Source of the DNA: Octopus sinensis
Taxonomy: Eukaryota
NCBI RefSeq assembly: GCF_006345805.1
Contig: NC_042998.1
Coordinates: 41,416,001 to 41,480,000 of the forward strand
Reading direction: 5' to 3'
Length of the DNA: 64,000 bases
In this document: positions 1-9,800 of the stretch, in pieces
Layout of the letters: every line of letters starts with the position of its first letter
How positions within the stretch are numbered: position 1 is the first letter of the stretch
Notes under the pieces: model-generated
What the model was told of the DNA's origin: nothing
What the model saw: the letters and a program-made list of their open reading frames with translations, nothing else
Database searches by the model: none
Position numbers and translations under genes: made by a program

Positions 1-224
1 AAAATTAATTGAAAAATCATTACTAATGTATTTTATTAGATGTATTGTTCTGAAAGGGTTAAGAAGAAACAGAAATCTATTTTAGTTAAAGTTGCATTTT
101 TGAAAGTAGAATATGTATATATATAAGTTCAGCAAAATTTAGATTCAAATGAATATGGTACTTAAGTTAGATGCACCAGAATTTTGAATGGTGTTATCCA
201 TATAAATCCATGGGGTGATTATAA

Positions 225-545
225 TCAAAATAAGCAACAAGAATAACTTTGGTAATTTGGTACGATCGTTTTGCACTACATCATTTTATTAAATGTTGTA
301 AGCATTACAACAGTTTTAGAATACTTAACACTCATCAGCCATTAATAGAGGTTTTCCGTTAATACATAATTTTCATATCAAAATTATGTATTAATGAAAA
401 TTATGTATTAATGGAAAACCTCTATTAATGGCTGATGAGTGCTCAGTATTTTAAAACTGTTGTAATGCTTACAACATTTAATAAAATGATGTAGTGCAAA
501 ACGATCATACCAAATTACCAAAGTTATTCTTGTTGCTTATTTTGA
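225..545. repeat. Near-perfect palindrome (152-bp arms), probably an inverted Penelope-like pLTR pair with a decayed hammerhead
   Basis: 225-376 is the reverse complement of 394-545 with a few mismatches; 17-nt spacer. The right arm has CTGATGAG (432-439)...TAAAAC and a downstream AATAAA. Confidence 0.8.
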
Positions 546-574
546 AGATATATATATATATATATAATGATATA

Positions 575-800
575 TCATCATCATCATTGATGTCTTTATG
601 TCCATTTTCCTTGCTGACCTAGGTTGAATGGTTCAATAAGATCCATCAGGTCAATGGATGCCATCTTACTCCAATATATCAGTTTTGGCATGGTTTCTGT
701 GAATGGATCTTCTTCATAACATCATCCACTTTACAGTGTTCTGGTTGCTCTTATCATGGCACCACCATCCACCATTGATGAGGTAGCCTTGTAACTTGCA
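575..800 (-). mobile_element. RTE-tail-derived repeat fragment
   Basis: Reverse complement reads ...agaaaccatgccaaaact...ggaaaatggacat...(gat)n, the same tail as at 29040-29232, 48560-48685 and 61000-61205. Confidence 0.6.
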
Positions 801-954
801 AAACTAACCAGCTTTCACTACAGAGGTAGAATAGGAGAAACGACGGTGACTTTTGGCTGGAGGTTAAGATTTTAAATTTTGATAGGAGAAACAGGCATAT
901 TGAAGGCAGAGGGTGTTAATGAAGAAGCTAACAGACTATGTTAAGGGTATATAT

Positions 955-1100
955 ATTCACATTAGGCAGTGCATCCAGTTGTAGAAACCATGCCAAAGCA
1001 GATATTGGTGCTTGGTGCAGTCCTTTGGCTCATCAACTCCTGTCAAACTATCCAACCCATGCCAGTCTAGAAAAAAAAGACATTAAATGATGATGATGAT
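955..1100 (+). mobile_element. RTE-tail-derived repeat fragment
   Basis: catccagttgtagaaaccatgccaaag...ccaacccatgccag...aaatgatgatgatgat tail. Confidence 0.65.
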
Positions 1101-2980
1101 TATATATATATAATATGTGTGTATATCAACATACATAAAATAATAATAACAACAATAATAATAATAATAAAGTATTAACCAGTAAGAAAAAGTAAGTACA
1201 CTGCTAGAGCCATTTGTATAAAAGAATTAAAATTTCTGATGTTTACATTCATGACATTTTAGTTATGTGGTGCATGTGTACAATAAGGTAAATTTCACCA
1301 ACCTTTTGGCAATGATAGTGAGAGCATGACATGTTACATTTTGTTTTAATAAAGTCAGTTGGAAAATATCTCTGCAACTGCTAGACACATCTGAAAGAGA
1401 GAAATAAAACCATTCCATTCAAGTTGGTATAAGCACAAAATGATTGAGACAATATATGGTGAACACTAGCAATTGCTCAAAGAAGCAAGTGAGCTCAGTC
1501 TGAAATAACCATTGTCAAGAACATTGTACACATGCACTGGAACTAACATACTTCCTTTGGTTTGAAGTAAAAGGTGCAAAAGACTAGAATGTATGAGTTA
1601 CTGTCATAGCACCAAATATTCTGATAGCAATAAAAAACATACTTCACAAAACAAAAACCAACCAGATATGTGATAAGATGGCTGCTTATCTTCACTACAT
1701 ATTAGATTATCTTGTGTTTATGTGTAATTTGTCAAACATTTTGAATAATCAGTACAAAAACTGAAATACTCTGTTAAGTCTTCTTGTCAGTTTTGTGTTT
1801 TGATACTTCTGGATTCTTCTAACAAGTTATGTGTAAGCAAGCAAATGATGACAATCACAAGAAAATCAAAGACTATTAGATTCTCATTAAACAGGAATTT
1901 AAGAAAACTTGAGACTTCTGTAGTAGTTATAAATTCCTATCAGCTGATGGTTTACATACCTTATCCACAGTTACAATTTGGAATTATAAACAAACAACTT
2001 TTATGATAACTGGACTCATTGTAGTCACCAGATCCCTAAATTCATATTTTCTAAACAGCACACTTATCTAATTTAATGTGTAAATATCTGAGATTAGCCT
2101 TGCCTTTAATGATAAAAATTCTTTCAGTATTTACACCTACTCTATATTTTAATTGGTTTGATAACCAGTCATCTTCAGATGTTTACTTTCTGGATGTATA
2201 TGTAGTAGCAGATTCTGCATTAGAAGTAAGAGCTAGAAACCTTTATTTCTAAACTCAGGGTAATTTAAGAACATTATTAAATTTTGAAATAAACATTACA
2301 AGTTTGAATCCTGCATATTACTATGTCGTCAGCAAACCCTCAGGCTAGGGATGATTGTCCTCCAGATTTGAAAATCTGCAAGATTATGTTTAGCATAGAA
2401 AAGTTGTTGAACACCTGTTTCCTCACAATCTTGACAATGAAATTATCTTGAATCAGTAGCTAGGGGTCCAAGACAATTGGAGTTAGCAACCTGTTACTGC
2501 CACCATCTGCAATCACATGCATTGAAGATTTGTTACCCACCTTCACCTTTCTTCCAAACTTCTAACTTCACTGTCTCCTGACATGTGAGAAAGAGAGATT
2601 GTTAGCACATGTCTGAGCTGCCAGTTCAAGTGTCCAGAGAGAAGGGATGACTTAATGTCTTGTATACAGGCTGGTTCCAAGGAGTGTTTTGCACTATTTC
2701 TCTACTACTATATACATATCTAGGAATATGACACATAATTATGAACTGAGATCAAATCATCTGAAACAATGTAAACATAATAGAAATATTAAAATAACTA
2801 AGTCTCTCTAAAAGAGAACAGCGGCAGCGTTCCCGGAAAATAATAGTTATCGCCATAATATGCCGCTGTTCTCTTTTAGAGAGACTTAGTTATTTTAATA
2901 TTTCTATTATTGAAAACAAGTGGATGTATTCCACTGAAACTAGGTAAATAAAACCATCGAACAGAGATTGTCGGAAGCGA

Positions 2981-3058
2981 CACCTACTGGCTGGCTACGC
3001 TGCATTGAAAAGGGGCAATACCCCGAAACGCGTCTGTAGCTGCCGGTCAAGTAGTGTG
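2981..3058 (+). ncRNA. Type I minimal hammerhead ribozyme, copy 1 (U3-A8 variant)
   Basis: Stem I gctgca/tgtagc, core TTGAAAA, stem II gggg-caata-cccc, GAAA, stem III c-gc-g then TC; predicted cleavage after GTC at 3034. Stem I extends via ctactggctggc/gccggtc(a)agtag. Confidence 0.8.
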
Positions 3059-3342
3059 GAGCGACTGACCTCCCTTGTTCGAAGGTTATATGGATACAGT
3101 TTGTGTATCAAATAGCTAACTTAAGGCGATGGCCTCATGGAGCTAATAAGCGGACAGCTTTTTTCTTATTTTTATAAGAATGCCATATTAGTATGGCGAT
3201 AACTATTATTTTCCGGGAACGCTGCCGCTGTTCTCTTTTAGAGAGACTTAGTTATTTTAATATTTCTATTATTGAAAACAAGTGGATGTATTCCACTGAA
3301 ACTAGGTAAATAAAACCATCGAACAGAGATTGTCGGAAGCGA

Positions 3343-3420
3343 CACCTACTGGCTGGCTACGCTGCATTGAAAAGGGGCAATACCCCGAAACGCGTCTGTA
3401 GCTGCCGGTCAAGTAGTGTG
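3343..3420 (+). ncRNA. Hammerhead ribozyme, copy 2
   Basis: Same motif as copy 1 at +362; predicted cleavage after 3396. Confidence 0.8.
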
Positions 3421-3704
3421 GAGCGACTGACCTCCCTTGTTCGAAGGTTATATGGATACAGTTTGTGTATCAAATAGCTAACTTAAGGTGATGGCCTCAT
3501 GGAGCTAATAAGCGGACAGCTTTTTTCTTATTTTTATAAGAATGCCATATTAGTATGGCGATAACTATTATTTTCCGGGAACGCTGCCGCTGTTCTCTTT
3601 TAGAGAGACTTAGTTATTTTAATATTTCTATTATTGAAAACAAGTGGATGTATTCCACTGAAACTAGGTAAATAAAACCATCGAACAGAGATTGTCGGAA
3701 GCGA

Positions 3705-3782
3705 CACCTACTGGCTGGCTACGCTGCATTGAAAAGGGGCAATACCCCGAAACGCGTCTGTAGCTGCCGGTCAAGTAGTGTG
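3705..3782 (+). ncRNA. Hammerhead ribozyme, copy 3
   Basis: Same motif at +724; predicted cleavage after 3758. Confidence 0.8.
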
Positions 3783-4066
3783 GAGTGACTGACCTCCCTT
3801 GTTCGAAGGTTATATGGATACAGTTTGTGTATCAAATAGCTAACTTAAGGCGATGGCCTCATGGAGCTAATAAGCGGACAGCTTTTTTCTTATTTTTATA
3901 AGAATGCCATATTAGTATGGCGATAACTATTATTTTCCGGGAACGCTGCTGCTGTTCTCTTTTAGAGAGACTTAGTTATTTTAATATTTCTATTATTGAA
4001 AACAAGTGGATGTATTCCACTGAAACTAGGTAAATAAAACCATCGAACAGAGATTGTCGGAAGCGA

Positions 4067-4144
4067 CACCTACTGGCTGGCTACGCTGCATTGAAAAGGG
4101 GCAATACCCCGAAACGCGTCTGTAGCTGCCGGTCAAGTAGTGTG
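4067..4144 (+). ncRNA. Hammerhead ribozyme, copy 4
   Basis: Same motif at +1086; predicted cleavage after 4120. Confidence 0.8.
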
Positions 4145-4670
4145 GAGCGACTGACCTCCCTTGTTCGAAGGTTATATGGATACAGTTTGTGTATCAAATA
4201 GCTAACTTAAGGCGATGGCCTCATGGAGCTAATAAGCGGACAGCTTTTTTCTTATTTTTATAAGAATGCCATATTAGTATGGCGATAACTATAATGTAAA
4301 CATAGTTATATTTTTAAAAGAGTTATTTTTCATTTCTAAAGATGAAATTAATTTTGAAAGCAAATATAAAATTTATAATTTTAGAATGTGTAACACTTTA
4401 AAAATTGCTGTTAATATTTTATCTCAGCTATAGTATAATAGTCATGTTTGGTTAGTTTGTCAATTAATAAACATGCACTCACACATTTGTAATTTTATTC
4501 ATACCCATGTTTTTTTTTTAGTTCTTTATTGATATGTCCATTCTTTCAACACATCAACTCCCTTGTGTGTTGAAAAACATGCAAAAGAAGAGATTTATCT
4601 AAATGTTTATTGTCTTAATACTGAAATATGGTAAATTAAATTTAAATAATCTTCCAGCTTTCATTATCAA

Positions 4671-4890
4671 CTCATTTACTCATTTACTTGTTTCAGTCAT
4701 TTGACTGCGGCCATGCTGGAGCACCACCTTTAGTCGAGCAACTCGACCTCGGGACTTATTCTTTTTGTAAGCCCAGTACTTATTCTATCGGTCTCTATTT
4801 GCCAAACCGCTAAGTGACGGGGACGTAAACACACCAGCATCGGTTGTCAAGCAATGCTAGGGGAACAAACATAGACCCACAAACACACGC

Positions 4891-4953
<63 letters not shown>

Positions 4954-5120
4954 CATATATACGACAGGCTTCTTTCAGTTTCCGTCTACCAAATCCACTC
5001 ACAAGGCATTGGTCGGCCTGGGGCTATAGTAGAAGACACTTGCCCAAGATGCCACGCAGTGGGACTGAACCCGGAACCATGTGGTTGGTTAGCAAGCTAC
5101 TTACCACACAGCCACTCCTG
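4671..5120 (-). mobile_element. Full-length young tRNA-derived SINE (Nin/Deu-like core, internal (TA)n)
   Basis: Minus strand has an A-box-like tggctgtgtgg, a B-box-like ggttcagtccc and core ccttgtgagtggatttggtagacggaaactgaaagaagcc; CpG-rich. Decayed copies occur elsewhere in the window. Confidence 0.85.
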
Positions 5121-5852
5121 CTGTTTTTTTGTTTTTTTTTACTTTAATTATTCCTCTTCTGTACACCCATTAATAGAAGATCAAGGAAAAGCATAATTAA
5201 AGGCAAAGTACTTGACATATAAAGTAAGATGGTAATATTTGTTTATTGAGTTAGTGGCTTTTACAAGACTAGTCATGTTTCCTTCTGAGAATTCAACTAG
5301 TTTTGTAAGAGCCATCATCTTGACAAACACATACCTTAATTATTCTCTCATCTATTATAATTCTTATATTATTTCCATTTCAATGAATGGTTTCAATAGT
5401 TCAAACTAAAATTCTATATTTTAGAGATGAAGCTGCTGATGTGAGCATGTGATAATGGATTAAATATTGGTTCATTTCCTTCTATTTTTATTTTTGAATT
5501 GGAGGCCTTCAATTTCTGATGAAGTTGTAGGGGCAACATTGCGACATATGGCATGTTTTAGATATTTTAAGACCTGGCAGAACCTATCCCTCTCCAGATC
5601 TGAGCGTAGCCAATTTCTTCCTGAGAGGGAGAGAGAGAGGGAGAATAAATGAATCAATGGTATTTATTGACTTTGAAATGATGAAAAACAAAATTGACCT
5701 TGGCAGAATTGTGCAGAAAGCTAGAACAAATATTGTGAAGCATTCTATCTGATACTATAACAACTCTGCCAAACAATTACTATACTAGCTATATCTGGCC
5801 CCGATACAATACTCCCACTTTCTTGATGAAAAGAAGAGCAAAGTGAGCTCTC

Positions 5853-6071
5853 GTAATGGTTTCAAATTTTGCCACAAGGGCAGGCAATTTGAGGGAGGGG
5901 ATGAATCAATTACATCAACCCCAGTGTTTCACTAGTACTTATTTTATTGACCCTGAAAGGATGAAAGGCAAAGTCGACCTTGGTGGAATTTGAACTCAGA
6001 ACGTAAAGACGAATGAAATACCACTAAGCATTTTGCCCGGCGTGCCAACACTTCTACCAGCTTGCTACCTT
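5853..6071 (-). mobile_element. tRNA-derived SINE with Meta-like core and 13-bp TSD
   Basis: Minus strand has gagttcaaattcc B-box and gtcgactttgcctttcatcctttc...aaaataagtac core; flanked by aaagtgagctctc at 5840-5852 and 6072-6084. Confidence 0.85.
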
Positions 6072-6286
6072 AAAGTGAGCTCTCAAAATGAATGTTGTTT
6101 AGTCTAACCATCTGCTGACCTATTATACCGATTTTTAGTATAAGCACCATATCAACCACATGTGTAGCCATACTACTTAAAGTGACTTCTTTTTAGCAAG
6201 GAAAGCATTTGAAACTAATGAAAGCAGTATTTTTGGATGCACTTCCCAAACCTAACTATGAACAATAATAAAATAGACATTATATG

Positions 6287-6670
6287 TGCAGGCATGGCTG
6301 AGTGGTTTAAACATTTTAGATTCCGTCCCACTGTGTGACACTTTGAGCAAGTGTCTTCTACTACAGCCCCAGGCAAACCAAAGCCTTGTGAATGGATTTA
6401 GTCGACTTAAACTGAAAGAAGCCTGTTATATATGGCAGTAGGGGTTTCCTTATCTTGTCATTGCAAGATAGTTGTATATGAATGTTGCTATCATACAAGC
6501 AGGATCATTCATTTCCAGTATTCTGCAAAATATATCTGACCGTGGAGATTATTATCTTGCTTGTAAACAGGTGAGGGTTGCCAACAGTAAGGGCATCTAG
6601 GTAAAGAAAATCTATCTCAAATAAACTCCATCAAACCCATGCAACCATTGAAAAGTGAACATGCTAATTA
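6287..6670 (+). mobile_element. Decayed tRNA-SINE (Nin/Deu-like head, RTE-like tail)
   Basis: gcaggcatggctgagtggtt...gcaagtgtcttctactacagcccc...ccttgtgaatggatt...actgaaagaagcc, then gggcatctag...acccatgcaa tail. Confidence 0.75.
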
Positions 6671-6838
6671 TTCTATTCCATTCTGTACATAGTTTATCAA
6701 GTAAAACCCTTCTTTTTTTTTTCTGTCTCTGTTTAATTAGCCATTGTTATAACTTTAGCTGTCATGTTTACTGTAATTAAGATTGCTATTTCTGCTTCAT
6801 CCGATGATTGTGGGTTTTGTCCGAAACTGGTCTGATAG

Positions 6839-6869
<31 letters not shown>

Positions 6870-9800
6870 AATTTTATGTAGCTGTCATTGCTGTTGTCAC
6901 TAAGGTTACTGATGTTATCAATGTTTATATTACCATTAAAATTGTAAAGCTTTACTGTAATTTTGGCCTATATTCTTTGTAATACTCCACTTCTGTTCAT
7001 ATGCTAAGTTAGATGTGTGTGTGTGTATATATATATATATATACAGTAGTCGCTTTTCCATTTAGATATCCATCTGTAAGATAGGAAATCAAGCATGGTT
7101 TCCCTACTTAATCTTTTTTTTCACAGCATTGGTATATGCATAAGATGCTTTTTTTGTTTGTTTTTGTTTTGGTTTTTTGGGAATCTTTTTTTTTTTCTCT
7201 CCTCTCCATATTTTTCTTACAAGATATTCAGTTTAAGATGATTTCATGACTAATATTAAATTAAAACTTAGTACTGAATGATCGGTAGCAAAATTTTTAC
7301 AAAAAACAATTCAGATAAAAAAAAAAAAGAAAAAATTACAGAATTTTTTTTTCTTATTGCAAATTAAATGTCTCTTTTGATGTGTAGAATCGTGTTAAAA
7401 ATAGTTTATCTCAAGTCATGTCTTGTTAACCAATGCTGGCAAGTGCACATCTTCTATTGACAATTTTAAAAACAGAATAAAATGCTAGTGTCGATATTAT
7501 GAAGTAACAACATTGATCAGAGAAGTCTTTGTTACTGGACTACAGGCAACAAGCAAAATAGCTGGCTTGTGCTGATTTAAACGACTAACTTTCCTAACCA
7601 TTAATACTCGTTTTCCAACATATGCTTCTTATGTGTGGGTGGGTGGGTGTATATCAATTACAGATTTTTCTTGTTCTTTCTTTGCTTTTACTGTCTGTAA
7701 GTAGCTTGCTTTCCTTTTAATAATTGTCATAAAATCTAGTTACCTTTGATACGTTTTTATTTTCAGCACAGAGTTCAACAAATAGTTTTCACTTCCTTGG
7801 ATTTTTTTTGTGTTGTTATTAATTTATTTCTTCTTTTCACTGGTTAATGTCTGATACAGATAAATAGTACAGTTAAAACTAAAAACAGAAAATAATTTAA
7901 ATGAGTAGATCTATTTAATACCAAGCTGATAGATTTTATTAATTTTTCCTGTTATCAGAAATTGCACAAATGTTCTTGTATATATTAGAATAGTATTTCA
8001 TCTTTTGGTATGAATACCAAGATTTTATAATGTATTTGCAATGAAATCTTCTTTATCTGATGCAACAAAAAACCTTTTTAATTAAAGATTTTCATAGAAA
8101 ATAATCTATATAGCATTTTGTGTTTATATTATTGATCTTAATTACAAGATGAAATTTGATATTGTAATGGATAAAAGTTATCAATGGATATCCAGAGGTG
8201 TGTTAGACTAATTTTGTTTGTTACATTCATATATGGCATGTTATAATTAACTGTATGTACAAAAGATAATCAAAATTCTGAAGAATAACTGTTGAGATGT
8301 TGTGATAAGAGGTGAACTGAATGCTTGTTCTGTTCAGAAGTGGGAGGAATGTATGTGCTTACATTTAGAAAGTTTGGAGGTTTTTGGAACTAACATTAAA
8401 TGAGATAAGAGATTAATACATTTAATGTTTACAGATAAGGGTTTTTGGGGTCTTTTTTTCTTTTTTCTTTTTTTTTTTAGAAATGAGTTACAACATACCC
8501 AACATTAGATTGACGGATTATGAAAAGTTTTTTTGAAAATGTTTAGATTTGTGTAACATGTATAATAACATGTGTTCTTTGAAACTGCCATATGCTAAAA
8601 ACCTGATCCACATTGTAGAAACTGTCAAAGAGCTGCCTAGAAAGTCCCAGATTTTTAACAATAGTCCAGAACCCCTAATTTCCAAAAATTAGGTCATTAC
8701 AAAATGCCAGTGCCATCTAGAAAGCGGTCTTACTTGATATGTAAGGGAAAAACAGGTAGATGTTTTATACTGTGTAACTCAGTGCGAACTGGTTACACAA
8801 AATCAGTGGCAGTGATGATGATAATTACACAAAATCAGTGGTGGTGATGACAAGAAAGACAAAAATAAAAGAAGAAACAGAAAAGTAACTGGCTAATGTA
8901 ATATTGAACTACCAACTTATGATTCTTGAGTTTGGGCTCACTATTGGTATTTTATTATGTCTCTAGAAAGGTCACATTATTCTGTGTGCCAAAACTTCTG
9001 CTTAATTCTGTAGAATTCAGTACTGAAATACTATCTCATTAGACTGCTGAGGTTCATGTGTAAATGAAAGGTAAAATAGAACAAGTTTTGGGGGTAGATG
9101 CAAGAATTGAAAGTATAAGAAAGTCAGGGAAGAAAACACAGTTTTGATGATGAGCCAGAAATTTAAGACTGATTGTAATAATTGATAGCATACTCTGTAA
9201 AATAACATATCATAGTGTACTGTCTGAGAAGACAAAATATATGTTAAGTAGAAAGTCCATCTCTGAATAAATTGATAAAATCTGGACAAATATTTTTTTC
9301 TGTCTTTGCTTTCCTTTAAGAGTTAAAAATATCAATTTTTAAAAAGAATTTCTTAATTTACCTGTGTTTTGGTTGCAAAATAGCAGAATATTTTCATTCA
9401 GTTTACTTATCCTTTTCATATATCCACACCAGTTGAATCTAATTATTACAAACATTACAATTTCCCCTCAGAAATTTATAAAGAGTGCTGTGTTAAAGCT
9501 GAATTCCTAAACCTAGTAAATACATGTTTTCTAAGATACTCAACAGAAACCAGAAACATAAAATGTAATATTTATTTCTGTTGTCAACAGTCAAGCAACA
9601 GATGTTAGAACGAAATTTCTCCATTATTTTACATGAAAAATGATTATAATAGAACACCAGGTAAAAATCATATTAAAATATCTTTTTTCATTGTCTCAGC
9701 AGGAAACAGCTTTACCTATTGTTTGTACATAAACAATCAGCCTCATTAGTTTGTTAAAAAAATCTGAGAAACCATGCATCACATATCAGTTGTTAGATAT

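Larger units (their letters stand above)
2780..4292 (+). mobile_element. Hammerhead-containing tandem retroelement (Penelope-like pLTR array / non-LTR retrozyme): inverted 5' fragment plus ~3.96 units of 362 bp
   Basis: Unit starts (tgccgctgttctc) at 2861, 3223, 3585, 3947, ending 4292. 2780-2857 is the reverse complement of the unit junction. Flanked by 12-bp direct repeat aatgtaaacata (2768-2779 and 4293-4304) = TSD. Confidence 0.88.

Noticed and set aside
2861-4292. CRISPR array or rRNA/snRNA tandem gene cluster
   Set aside because: Whole 362-bp units repeat with no unique spacers, the context is eukaryotic, and I see no 5S/U-snRNA/tRNA similarity. The TSD and hammerhead explain it better.
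4844-5029. ORFs with YIYIYI / HTHTHT / SLSLSL runs (also 11563, 13446, 30989, 60498, 60529)
   Set aside because: They are translations of microsatellites.
8050-8800. Possible decayed DNA-transposon or Polinton coding remnant
   Set aside because: No diagnostic motif could be read in any frame.
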